This document shows, piece after piece, positions 1 through 11,327 of a stretch of 64,000 bases of DNA. Where the stretch lies: the NCBI GenBank assembly GCA_964016885.1, contig OZ024743.1, positions 75,950,001 through 76,014,000 of the forward strand, given 5' to 3'. This DNA comes from Eledone cirrhosa (Eukaryota). Below the pieces are notes generated by a model. The model had not been told where the DNA came from. It was given only the letters and a program-made list of their open reading frames with translations, and did not search any database. Position 1 is the stretch's first letter, and the number at the start of each line of letters is the position of its first letter. The translations under genes were made by a program, and so were the position numbers.

Positions 1-58
1 AACTCGTCCCATGGACTGAGTGCTCTACCACTACGGATATTACCTTCCAGTGTTCTTC

Positions 59-61
<3 letters not shown>
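1..61 (+). mobile_element. 3' tail of a Penelope-like element abutting (TA)n
   Basis: Reverse complement of 62875-62933, the 3' tail of the GIY-YIG/HHR element at the far end of the window. Confidence 0.65.
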
Positions 62-120
<59 letters not shown>

Positions 121-122
<2 letters not shown>

Positions 123-267
123 TGACCCCGACGGAAGAGCTCAAGCCGTTTCGACGTCTATTTCTGCCGTCGGGGTCATACTTTTTCCTATTTCCCACTC
201 TACTACCCTAAGTATTGAGTACTCTGGTGCGTTATTGTCCATCTGGTTCCTTACCACAATTCCTTCG

Positions 268-272
<5 letters not shown>
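121..272 (+). mobile_element. Family A short repeat (probable PLE terminal fragment) with internal fold-back
   Basis: tatgaccccgacgg...ccgtcggggtcata inverted repeat. The same sequence recurs at ~39820-40175, 47760-47860, 48672-48890 and 58733-58937, always between (TA)n tracts. Confidence 0.6.
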
Positions 273-341
<69 letters not shown>

Positions 342-926
342 GTGTATGTGTGTATGCGTGTGTATGTGTGTGTGTATATATATATATACATGTGTGTGTG
401 TGTGATAGATTTTAGTAAATCATCCTTATATATCTAAAAATAATGATTAGAATATTCAACGGTGTGGAGATAACTCCAACTGTAAGATGAATTTTATTTT
501 GTACTGCAAAATAAGCATTTGCTACAAGTATTTTCAGCTAATTATGTTATCAGCTTGTCAAGAAATCTTCAGGTAGCGATATTGGAAAGTGGTTCCAATG
601 TGGTTCTCTGAGGATTTGTGAAGATGGTTATATAAGAAAATTAACTGAAATTTTGCTGCGATCTCAGCAGAAGAAGTGAAATGTTACGGGAAGTCTATAA
701 CATCAGCCGAAATAAAGATGGCGGTAAGTAGTTACATGTGGGACATATCGCTCGTTTTGAATGAACTGCCCTATGGTGTGTCTAAATGTATCAAGATTAT
801 TGTGTATGTTGGAAGAGATTATGAGGTTTACAGTTAGTTATGACAACAAACTATCCCTTGCTCACTCTGGGGGTCTCTCATAGTATTTTGTTTAGTCATG
901 TAGATAGTCGGTAGATGTGTTCAGCA

Positions 927-1199
927 TATCATGATAAAAACTGGTATATTTTGTGTACTTTATAGTTTAAACTATCATGATAAAAACTGGTATATTTTGT
1001 GTACTTTACAGTTTAAACTATCATGATAGAAACTGGTATATTTTGTGTACTTTATAGTTTAAACTATCATGATAGAAACTGGTATATTTTGTGTACTTTA
1101 CAGTTTAAACTACCATGATAGAAACTGGTATATTTTGTGTACTTTACAGTTTAAACTATCATGATAGAAACTGGTATATTTTGTGTACTTTACAGTTTA
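927..1199. repeat. 46-bp minisatellite, ~6 copies
   Basis: Unit tatcatgata(a/g)aaactggtatattttgtgtacttta(c/t)agtttaaac starting at 927, 973, 1019, 1065, 1111, 1157. Confidence 0.95.
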
Positions 1200-1439
1200 T
1201 TGTGGTGTGTAGTAGAGAAATTATGACATAGAGCTGTAAACACAACGTTTGAAATACATTCAATAATAAATGTAAATTAAATCAGTAAAATATGTTATTA
1301 AACTTAAATATGGGAATCATAAAGAAATGTTTGTTGATGTAGCTTAACACAGCTGCTGCAGTATTTAGAACTGGATCTCTTCCTGTCAATTTCTTATTCA
1401 ACAACAACAACCACAGCAACAATAATAATAATTGTTTCT

Positions 1440-2208
1440 TCTTTTGGCACATTACCCAGTACATTACTGGTACTTTATTTTATCGACCCCTTAAGGATGA
1501 AAGGCAAAGTTAACCCAGGCGTGATTTGAACTCAGACCATAAAGGGCCGTAACTCTATACTGCAAAACATGGCATCTGACGCTCTACCGATACTGCCAAT
1601 CTACCGCCCTCATAATAATTGTTGCTACTTTTGGCACAAGGGCAGCAATTATTCCAGTGCATTACTGGTACTTTATTTTATCTACCCCGTAAGGATGAAA
1701 GGTAAAGTTAACTTTGGCGGGATTTGAACTCAGATCATAAAGGGACGTAACTCTATGTTTCAAAGCATGGTGTCCGACCATCTACCGATACTGCCAATCC
1801 ACCGCCATCATAATAATAACAACAGCACCGAGTGAAATTTAATATGGCAGAATGATTAAAGCAAATTAAAAAATATATCAAATGTTGGAAAATGTCGAAG
1901 GTCATTTACGTAATACTTGTAAAGTTTTGGATCGTTAACACACATTGAGAAGTAATTTAAATAAAAACGATACCATTCCTGCTAAGATTAATAATGATTT
2001 CTAGTATTGGCACAAGGCCAGTAATTGGGGGGGGGAGTCGATTAAATCGACCCCTGTACGTTACTGGTACTTTATTTTATCGACTCCGTAAGGATGAAAG
2101 GCAAAGTTAACCTTGGCGGGATTTGAAAGCAGATAATAAAGGACCGTAACTCTATGCTACAAAGCATGGTGTCCGACTCTCTACCGATTCTGCCAATCCA
2201 CCGTCCTC
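1440..2208 (-). mobile_element. Three tRNA-derived Nin-domain SINE copies (~1440-1610, 1625-1808, 2005-2208)
   Basis: On the minus strand: A-box-like tggcagtatcgg, B-box-like gagttcaaatc, then gcctttcatcctt..ggggtcgataaaataaagtaccag, which matches the Nin/Deu SINE domain. Confidence 0.8.
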
Positions 2209-2239
2209 CTGCTAAGATTAATAATAAGTATTATTCGAT

Positions 2240-2729
2240 GTCTGGCAACTGACTTGGTAAACACCCACAAAATTATTAACCATCTTGCCAACAACAACCC
2301 TGAATACCTTTTTGATTTCCATGTGTCTAACACACGTGGGTATGCCAACAAAGTCAGAAAACAGCACAGCTCCCATAACTTTCGGAAACATTTTTTCACG
2401 CTCAGAGTTGCTGAAGCATGGAACAAACTACCTGCATCAGTTATTAGCTGTCGAGACACTGCATCCTTTAAAACCTCCATGGAACAAACTACCTGCATCA
2501 GTTATTAGCTGTCGAGACACTGCATCCTTTAAAACCTCCATGCTTCCTGAGATTCGCCAACACTACACCTAATATTCCCCATCCATACACACGCACACAT
2601 GTATATCATGACTCATACACTATTCACTTCCCTGACATTTGTATATTAATCTATGTACTATACCTGCACATTTGACGAGTTGTAGTGCACCTGAGCACTG
2701 TACACAATAATTTCATTATTATTATTATA
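2240..2729 (+). mobile_element. CR1-type LINE 3' fragment
   Basis: THKIINHL...TRG...RKHFFTLRVAEAWNKLPASVI...ASFK is the typical CR1 ORF2 C-terminus. It has an internal ~61-bp tandem duplication (2417-2540) and an (ATT)n tail. Confidence 0.8.
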
Positions 2730-3127
2730 AGTAAAATGTGGCAGCTTTGAATCTGATGACTAGTAATACCAGAAATCACCCGTGAAAAACTTGACGAAAA
2801 TTGAAAAACATGTATCGATACCAAACATGATGATAGCCAATATATAAAGCTGGGGTTTATTGATTGAGTCTTCTAACTTAGAACAAATATATTTTTAAGA
2901 CGCATCGGAAATGTCGTTTTTTTTCTTTTCTTTTTATTAATGCTGAATAATGAGTCTTGTTCCGACAGATGAATACAAATAGATAAGTGTTGATATTCTC
3001 TCTCTCTTTCGCTCACTGCTTCTGTCTCTCTCTATTATATAGATAGATAGATAGATAGATAGAGAAAGAGAGAAAGAAATAGAGAGAGAGAAAGAGAGAA
3101 AGAGAGAAAGAGAAACAGACAGATAGA

Positions 3128-4080
3128 TAAATTTCTTTATTAGCCACAAGGGCACAAAAGAAGGGGACAAATACAAATGGGGAGTTTACATACAGGTATA
3201 TGAAAATAAAACTATTAATAAAATAACAAATAACAATTGAAATCCCCAATAGGGGGGAGGCGTTACACAGAGGTTGTACACACCCCGAAAAAATGTACAA
3301 CCCTCATCTCCAGGAGCACCAAGAGTGAGTACTCCCTTCCTCTCTTCCTCTTTTTCCTCAACCTACAGGCTTATATAGAGAGAAGGCCCAACCACTCGGG
3401 CCATCTTTGCCACATTCACCCACCTTTTATAAAATTTGCTGGGGTACAGCACCTCTCTCTCTTCTTCCAAAATGATATTTGAAAAAACGAATCAGTTGCT
3501 CGCCGGAGAGAAAGGTGTCTGACCTCAGCCCTTTTAACCTCGTCCACCATATAACCTCTTTCACCATAGCCATAACACATATGAAAACCGCCTCTCCCTC
3601 GTTTTTGAAGGAGGGTGGCGGTTTGATCATGACAATGGACTCGGTGGTCAACTGGATTGGTCCCACCCGCGACAATAGTCGTTCTACATAGCCCCACAGG
3701 TCGGTAACGCCCGGGCAGTGTATGAATGCGTGTCCAAGATGCGTCGCGACGAGGAAACCGTCGCGCACGCATCTCGGACAGATTTTTTTCGAAGGGGCCC
3801 TGCCTGGGCGCCCGTGTCTGTAGAGCTTATCTCGAACTGATAGAGCTCCTCGGTAGCACTGCCAGGCCAGGGACTTTTGGAAGTTGTCCATTGGTCCCGG
3901 GCGGAAGGTCCTACCGAACAGACTGGCCAGTTCGTCCTCCTTTACCCTAGAGTTTCTCCGAGCGCGTCGTCGCACTTGCTGCGGACCAACCCTCTATAGA
4001 ATGTCGAAGTGGAGTCTCCACTGATCGCCGGGCCCGTTTGCCAGAGGACTGTAAGCGCCTGAGCTCATTCGATGTGCCTG
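3128..4080 (-). mobile_element. Tx1/L1-clade LINE 3' fragment (zf-RVT region)
   Basis: ORF 3427-3975 has LAWQCYRGALSVRDKL...CPRC...HAFIHC...LW...KEVIWWTR. The 3' end is tgtggctaataaa next to a (TATC)/(TC) repeat. Confidence 0.75.
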
Positions 4081-4116
<36 letters not shown>

Positions 4117-4134
4117 GAGACAGAAAGACAGAAA

Positions 4135-4253
<119 letters not shown>

Positions 4254-4285
4254 TTATATATATATATATATATTTATAGATAGAT

Positions 4286-4550
4286 TCTGCTGCACGTCGG
4301 GCTGAGGAAGTCAAACTCTTCAAATACCGGTCGCTCTCCGACAGGTTTGCGGTTGTACCCTTGGCAGTGGAGTTTTCTGGTGTCCTCAGCCTTAGGACTA
4401 CCTCGCTACTCACCACCATAGGCGCTGAGCTGGCCAGCCGCAGCTGTGAGCCTCGGGAGCTGGAATGGCTTTTCCAGCGCGTCTCCTTTGCCGTCCTCCG
4501 GGGGAAACGCCTTCTCCATTCTGTCCGCCGGGGCTGTGGGGAGGCCACCA
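4286..4550 (+). mobile_element. CRE-like (RLE-type) non-LTR retrotransposon 3' fragment
   Basis: AARRAEEVKLFKY...VPLAVEFSG...EPRELEWLFQRVSFAVLRG matches the restriction-like endonuclease C-terminus of CRE-type elements. Confidence 0.7.
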
Positions 4551-4758
4551 ATATGATTGACTCACTTGTCATTTTATCAGTCAGATGTTCTAATGATTCT
4601 ATAAGTAAAATGATAGAATATAATTTAGCCAGAATAGTCTTCTACATGTCCCTCACTTGAATATCTCAAACTTATTTTTGTTTGGTTCGCTGAATATAAA
4701 ACACTAAACATTTCCCTGATCATTTAAATGGCGAATCTACCAGTGGATATCAAGTTAG

Positions 4759-4979
4759 TCTTCTTCTTCTTCTTCTTCTTCTTCTTCTTCTTCTTCTTCT
4801 TCTTCTTCTTCTTCTTCTTCTTCTTCTTCTTCTCCTCCTCCTCCTCCTCCTCCTCCTCCTTCTTCTTCTTCTTCTTCTTCTTCTTCTTCTTCTTCTTCTT
4901 CTTCTTCTTCTTCTTCTTCTTCTTCTTCTTCTTCTTCTTCTTCTTCTCCTTCTCCCCCCTCCTCCTCCTCCTCCTCCTC
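4759..4979. repeat. (TTC)n/(TCC)n microsatellite
   Basis: Seen directly. The adjacent 4980-5100 may be a decayed RLE-LINE end (LGIQLDQLQ on the minus strand). Confidence 0.95.
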
Positions 4980-6009
4980 GGCGGAAGAGTCATCAAACAC
5001 TCCTTCCAGGGGTCCTGTCAGAAGCAACTATCTGCAACTGATCCAGCTGGATCCCCAAGCAACATCAGCCAAGCTCATGGATGTTATCCAACCATCTTGC
5101 TCGGAATCTAACTCTGGGTCTCCTGACTTCATCACTTATAAAAATATACAATGGTATCTAAATCTGACACCAAGGCCACATATTTTGGAACACGGAAGAT
5201 TCGATTTTATGAACACTCCAGTCCTTAACTGATATTTTGTTGTATCAACTCTGATGTTGATTTAATATGTTAATATTTTACGGCGGCATTTGAAGGTAAC
5301 TCCCAAACCGTTTAATTTGTTGCAATAATGGGTTAAAATATTGAACGTTTCTGGTAATCGAAACGTAAATCTTTAGAAGTTGTTAGTATACAGTGATACA
5401 GTTTTTTCGAATAGCAGATTAGTTCTGAAATATATTCGAAGTTAGATCGATTGATTCTGAAATATATTCGAAGCTAGTGATTGATCGATTTGTCCTGAAA
5501 TATATTCGAAAGTAGTGATTGGCAGATTGATCCTGAAATATATTTGATTGATCGATTTGTCCCCAGTCTGAGACATTCATTTGTGCGAATTAAGTTCTGG
5601 AGATTTTCGTGTCGTTTGAACAAAAGTTTGCACGTGAGACACTCGGAGTAGTAATGTCATGAATTTATGAGGTTTACATTAATTCTTTTAAAGAATAATT
5701 TTTCCTAACGTAACAATGCCATGTTTTTTTATACTTATAAACCAATTAGCTTTATTTCCCAACAACAGCCAATATCAGTAGCTATCAGTAGTGCTAGGAA
5801 ACTAGTGTCTGAAGGCGTGTTGTGTAATAATAAAGCAACAGGGTTAATGTTGTTCAACTGATAAGACTGAAAGTTGATTTGATAGAAGAAAAGATTTTAT
5901 TGAAACATGAGAGACGCAAGAATTTGAGTAGAGAAATTGGAAAAGATGGAGTGATCGTTAAATTCTGATAAGAAATGTGTTAAATAATACAAGAGATATT
6001 CTGATACAA

Positions 6010-6590
6010 TTAGAGATGTACAATTTGGTAGAGCCTGTAGCAGTGGAGACCTCTAACGTTCTTGATCCTCGGATCACATCCCTACCCACTGCTATCAGAG
6101 CAGAGTTGGCCCCCCGCAGGTGCGAGCCTGTAGCAGGGGAGACCTCAGACGTTCTTGACCCTCGGACCACATCCCTACCCACTGCTGTCAGAGCAGAGTT
6201 GCCCCCCCCCGCAGGTACGAGCCTGTAGTAGGAGAGACCTCTAAAGTTCTTGACCCTCGGACCACATTCCCTACTCACTGATATCAGAGCAGAGTTGGCC
6301 CTCCGCAGGTGCGAGCCTGTAGCAGGGGAGACCTCAGACGTTCTTGACCATCGGACCACATTCCCTACTCACTGATATCAGAGCAGAGTTGCCCCCCCCC
6401 CCCGCAGGTGCGAGGCTGTAGCAGTGGAGACTTCCGGCATTCTTGACCCTCGGACCACATCCCTACTCACTGATATCAGAGCAGAGTTGGCTGCCCGTAG
6501 GTGCGAGCCATCACGAGGTGGCGTGGCTGTTTCAGCACGTCTCCCTCGCCGTCATCTAGGGTAATGTATTCTCTATGTCGGCCGGGACCC
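6010..6590 (+). repeat. ~93-99 bp minisatellite (~5 copies) inside a CRE-like LINE fragment
   Basis: Units start near 6031, 6124, 6219, 6313, 6412. Translation AVETSxVLDPRTTSL..IRAELA.RRCEP, then EVAWLFQHVSLAV. Confidence 0.8.
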
Positions 6591-7176
6591 AGAGGTGGAG
6601 GGTAAGTTAATTGGAGGTGGAGGATACTCGTTCGGAAGTCGCACACACATACACACACACACAAACACACACACAAACACTGTTTCTGTACAAATTTCAA
6701 ATCCAACTTAGGTCTTATTTTATTGTTTTAAAAATTCTATTTTATCTTATTTTATCCAAGTATGTTTTTTTAGTATGTATCAGGTCTATAGAAGAGTTTG
6801 TCAGGTTGTTGAGTGTGAATGGTTTTGGTTTATAGTTGTTTAGTTGATATTTGAAGAGAATCTGATAAGTTCTTAAAAGAACTATAGCAGAAAATGCTGA
6901 TAAAGTACTTAAGGTTCTCTTTTCCAATGTCATTGGATATATTCAGCGAGATAGTAGCTTAACTTTGACACATATCAACAAATACTGAGAGTTACTCGAG
7001 TCTGTCCTCTCCAATCTCAGAATATCTGATGAAGGAAAATATATCGGTTTGTCACGGAAGACGAATATGTATGTATGTACGTATGTACGTATGTATGTAT
7101 GTATGTATGTATGTATGTATGTATGTATGTATGTATGTATGTATGTATGTATGTATGTATGTATGTATGTAGGTAT

Positions 7177-7785
7177 GTCAGGTCACCAGTTGGTGCTACT
7201 GGTAACATGTATCCCAGTACAACCTGTCTCATGGTCGGGTCGTTGGCGACTAAACTGGCAACCCCACCAAGGTTTCTTGGTGAGGAGGGTGACTTTGGAC
7301 ATCCTGCAGGACTAAAAACAAAGCCTGTCAAAGGGAAAAGGAGCTCTTAAGAGTCAATGGCCATCCAAAATCACCGGGAGAGATTACCCCTTAGCCTTTG
7401 TCAAGGCAGAATTCTAAGAGAAGGAAAACTCTGATATAACACCTGCAACCCTGATGGTATCCAATGATATTGACTTGTTCTTCTTTTTGGTAAATATCAT
7501 CTTGCTTAAGAGAGTGGGACTGGCTTTGTGCAGTGCCTTTGCTCACTATAAAAGCTTCACGGCACAGGCATTGCTTTATATCTGGAGATCTGTCTGCACT
7601 TGTCATCACATGGAACCATGGGCCCAGCACTATGTGTCAATAATTGTCACAAGTGTAGTGTTTGTACCAGAGTTTTCAAGTCGTTGGCTGGACTAAAAAG
7701 TCACACTCGTTCAGCGCATCGGTAGGGGTTCTCCTACATGGATATAGAGTAGTGGCCGTACTCGAAAACGAGTTGGCAGCCACCA
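7177..7785 (+). mobile_element. Non-autonomous bipartite RTE derivative, family 1 (~610 bp)
   Basis: Has the RTE 5'UTR-like motif agaaggaaaactctg, a terminal C2H2 remnant CSVCTRVFKSLAGLKSHTRSAH* (7645-7725), and a 3' hairpin ctcgaaaacgag. Flanked by (TATG)n. Confidence 0.7.
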
Positions 7786-7816
7786 TGTATATATGTATGT
7801 ATATGCAGGTATATAT

Positions 7817-8228
7817 GTTCTTCTGGTTTTATAATTTCACAAATTTTCGCCAATAGAGAGAGAGAGAGAGTCGGTTTCTAACATAGACACAAGACTCTCT
7901 CATTGGAATTTACACAACATCAACTAGGTAGATATGTATGTCTGCATGCATGCATGTGTAGATATGGATGTTATTGTATGTGTGGATGTGTATGTTTTGA
8001 GTTATATGTGTGCATGTGTATATGCAGTGATTAGATGCAAAAGTTTTGGAATGTTTTACATATTTTTACTGTTCCATTAATGGATTGTACTTGTAATTTC
8101 CTAACTAGCTGTGTTCTTGCTGTTCCTGTGAAGCCTAGCTTCTCAATATTTGTATTCAGGCAGTTACTAACATATCTAAGTGCCCTAATAATCACAGGCA
8201 TAAATCTGAAGGCATAATCAGGGTGGAA
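7817..8228 (-). mobile_element. R4/Dong-type LINE 3' fragment
   Basis: FMPVIIRALRYVSNCLNTNIEKLGF...LVRKLQVQSINGTVKICKTF, plus a shared 3' UTR ending ccagaagaac next to (ACAT)n. Confidence 0.75.
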
Positions 8229-8239
8229 TGTATGTATGT

Positions 8240-8437
8240 ATGATGTTGATCTTTTCTTCTTTTCGGGTTATAGCTACTGTTGCTCAGAGAGTGGGATTGG
8301 CTCAGTGCACAGTCTTTCCTCACTTTAAAAAATATCTTCACGCACAGGCATTGCACGATAGAATTAATTAATAATTATTAATAATGGTATATCGTGCAAT
8401 GGCCATACTCGATAACGAGGGGGCAGCTATCATCATG
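8240..8437 (+). mobile_element. Non-autonomous RTE derivative, family 2, 5'-truncated
   Basis: Matches the reverse complement of 44899-45090. Tail is ggccatactcgataacgagggggcagc followed by (ATGT)n. Confidence 0.65.
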
Positions 8438-8712
8438 TATGTATGTATGTATGTTTCTCTTTCTCTTAATTTCGTGTATATTTTTGACCAGCCACCTTCC
8501 TGGTGGCAAGGTTGTAAAAGAATAGAAATTGCCATCGCAAGAATGTTTTGCAAATTTTGAAGGTGCCAGCTATCGCAGCCATTTATGTATGTGTGTGTAT
8601 GTATGTATGCATGTATGTATGTATGTATGTATGAATGTATGTGTGTGCGTGTATGTATGTGTGTGTGTGTGTGCGAATGTATGAATGTATGTGTGTGTAT
8701 ATGTATATATTT

Positions 8713-8744
<32 letters not shown>

Positions 8745-9299
8745 TTCAATTTATACGTCCGTATAGAGCTAGTAAACCATGACAAATTAGGGAAAGTATC
8801 GAGTACTCCTTACAGTTGGTAATCAAAAAGAGTTAAAAATAAATAAAATAATTAAAAATAAATTAAAAAAATAAAAATTAAAATTAAAAAACTAAAATTA
8901 AAATTAAAATAAAAAAGAGAAAAAGGGGAAAAAATTAAATAACAAAAATAAAATTTCCAATATTGAAGGAGGCCAAGGGGAGTCAGATAAGAAGACTAAA
9001 AAGAAAATAGGAAAGAAGGGAAGATATAAAAGAGAAGTTTTTGTTGAATTGTTTCCTAGCTTCCATGTAGTCAAAGACTTGGTATGTTCTGGTTATATTG
9101 TTCAAATTTCTCACCAATTTAGAAAGAGCCGGTTACTAACGCAGAAACAAAACTTTCATTGGAAGTTTGAGATCAGATGTGACTTAGTTTTACAACTTTC
9201 AACAATAGTATTCCATTTATTTGATCAGTGGAACTATCTACCAGCTGATGTTAACGACAGAAACAATTGACTGATAAAATGACAAGTCGGTCAATCATA

Positions 9300-9525
9300 T
9301 TGGTGGCCTCCCCACAGCTCCGGCGGACAGAATAGAGAAGGCGTTTCCCTGGAGGACGGCAAGGGAGACGCGCTGGAAAAGCTATTCCAACTCGCGAGGC
9401 TCACACCTGCGGCTGACCAGCTCAACGCCTCTGGTGGTGAGTAGGGAGGTAGCCCTAGGGCCGAGGACACCAGATGTCTCCACTGCCAAAGGTACGACCG
9501 CAAACCTGTCGGAGAGCGACGGGTT
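9300..9525 (-). mobile_element. CRE-like LINE 3' fragment
   Basis: Homologous to the reverse complement of 4330-4550. Confidence 0.65.
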
Positions 9526-9695
9526 TTACAATTTATTTAGGGTGTAGCGATATAGTTTAGGAAGCTCTACGTCAGCGTATGATTTGAAGGAGATTTAACT
9601 GCAATTCCTAGCAAATCCATCGACCTCATAGAGACACCGTTGTTGGATCGTGGTTAAGTGTTGGATACATATGGACATATATATTTATATGGACG

Positions 9696-10082
9696 CAGTC
9701 TCGGGTCTCGAATAACGTCCCACAACCGCTTATTCATTTTTCAGATCCTCCCCCGCTCTTATACCTCCACCCCTGCTTATTAAAGTTTGCTAATCCATCT
9801 CTGGTGAAATGTTATTTTAATTTTAATTAGTAACATTCTTGCCACAATTAATTTTTTTTATACATAACAAAAAATAAAACAAACAAACAAAAAAACAAAA
9901 CAAAAAACATTACTAGAAATCCCATATGTTATAAAATAAATAGGTTGGGTTGGCGTCTCAATATGTAAACTAAACGACTAATTCTGGTTTTAAAAATAAA
10001 TCAAGGGAGACAACCTAGAAAAATTACTGATTTTTCCACCACCCTCGCTTATTCCTCTCCTATTATTTGAGACTCAAGAGTG
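9696..10082. mobile_element. MITE-like element
   Basis: Imperfect ~20-bp terminal inverted repeats cagtctcgggtctcgaataa / ttatttgagactcaagagtg around an AT-rich interior. Confidence 0.5.
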
Positions 10083-10354
10083 AGAGAATTAATAAAACAA
10101 TATACAATAATGTAAGATCACGTGACACGTGAATAGAAGAGATGAAGTTCGCCATTTTACACGAGATTGTCACTTTATGAGAGAATACATTTGTCTACAG
10201 GAGTCTTGTAGCATCAGTAATTAGTGTGTATGTACATATAAATATCTGTGTGTGTCCTTTTCCTAAGACGGTAAGATAGACATATATTACTGTGTGTAAG
10301 TTGTATGATCAAACAAAGGCTCGTGTTCGTACGTATATATGCGTATATTACAGC

Positions 10355-10385
<31 letters not shown>

Positions 10386-10399
10386 TGTATGTATGTATG

Positions 10400-10431
<32 letters not shown>

Positions 10432-10512
10432 AGGTAAACAGAAATAACAACACAATTGGTACAGTATATGGAAGGGATATATTAGGTTAACGCTTGATAA
10501 AGCAGGAAGAGG

Positions 10513-10550
10513 TTCTTAACGTTTCGGAAGCTAGTCCTTCATCAGAAGAA
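10513..10550 (-). ncRNA. Minimal type I hammerhead ribozyme
   Basis: Minus strand uucuu CUGAUGA agga cuagcu ucc GAAA cg UUA agaa: both core boxes, stem I, stem II and the palindromic AACGUU stem III typical of PLE HHRs. Confidence 0.8.
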
Positions 10551-10685
10551 AGAATGAGAAATAAGATAGATTGAAGGGACGGGCGGGTTGGAGTTGGAAT
10601 TGGAAAAAGTGTCTTATTGAAGGTACTTCCACGAGGAAATCTTTCGAATCATTCAAATTTTCTTTGCTTCTTATATATATATATA

Positions 10686-10903
10686 TATTTATTAAAATAA
10701 CAGATTAAAGTTTAAGCAAGAATCGCTGCTTTCACCCTTAACGGGATCTTCTGAAGATCCCGTTAAGGGTGAAAGCAGCGATTCTTTGCTTAAACTTTAA
10801 TCTGTTATTTTAATAAATATTTGCTCTTCGGTTCTTATATATTTGATATATATTTATCCTTATTGAGCCCTCTTTGGATTTTAGTCTTCAAATTTATTAT
10901 TAT

Positions 10904-10907
<4 letters not shown>
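10686..10907 (+). mobile_element. Family B PLE terminal fragment with fold-back and HHR core
   Basis: Palindrome 10686-10820 centred on atcttc-t-gaagat, with CTGAAGA tccc gttaa gggt GAAA at 10751-10774. Further copies on the minus strand at ~21937-22000, 47887-47970 and 57252-57385. Confidence 0.65.
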
Positions 10908-10939
<32 letters not shown>

Positions 10940-11085
10940 ATACTTTGGGAGGGTCATGTTGCTAATAAGAAACACACGCACCAGTCGCTTTCACTTCAAT
11001 TTATAATAATAAATTTATAAATTTAGGAATTTATAAATTTCCGGTTGGTTGGTTGGTTACACAACCAGATGGTTGTTTATATATT

Positions 11086-11128
11086 GTCAAAGTTCTTTCG
11101 TCACACATTCTGTGACCTCTTCAGTGAC
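11086..11128 (-). ncRNA. Type I hammerhead ribozyme in the PLE 3' terminal repeat
   Basis: guca CUGAAGA ggucac agaaugu gugac GAAA gaac UU ugac; stem I guca/ugac, stem II gucac/gugac. Confidence 0.8.
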
Positions 11129-11327
11129 TGGGGTTCTTTTCTTTGTTTTTTGTGCTTCTCCTTTGTTCTGTCCTACGCCATCTTGTTTGTGTGTGTGTTG
11201 TGTGCTTAGTTTGCGCATATGTTACATCCGGGTATCTGTGTGTGTTTATATTCGTTTATTTATTTGTTTATTTACATGTTACTGGTTGGTTGTTTGTTCT
11301 ATGTGCGTGTGTGTTTTCATTTTGTCC

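Noticed and set aside
430-920. Possible ancient PLE remnant on the minus strand
   Set aside because: Only vague motif resemblance with many frameshifts; needs a profile search.
1440-2208. tRNA genes
   Set aside because: A and B boxes belong to SINE heads; no cloverleaf.
7195-7265. HDV-like or twister ribozyme in the RTE-derived 5' end
   Set aside because: Partial motifs exist (ctaa followed by actgg pairing ccagt), but the pairings are not conserved between families 1 and 2.
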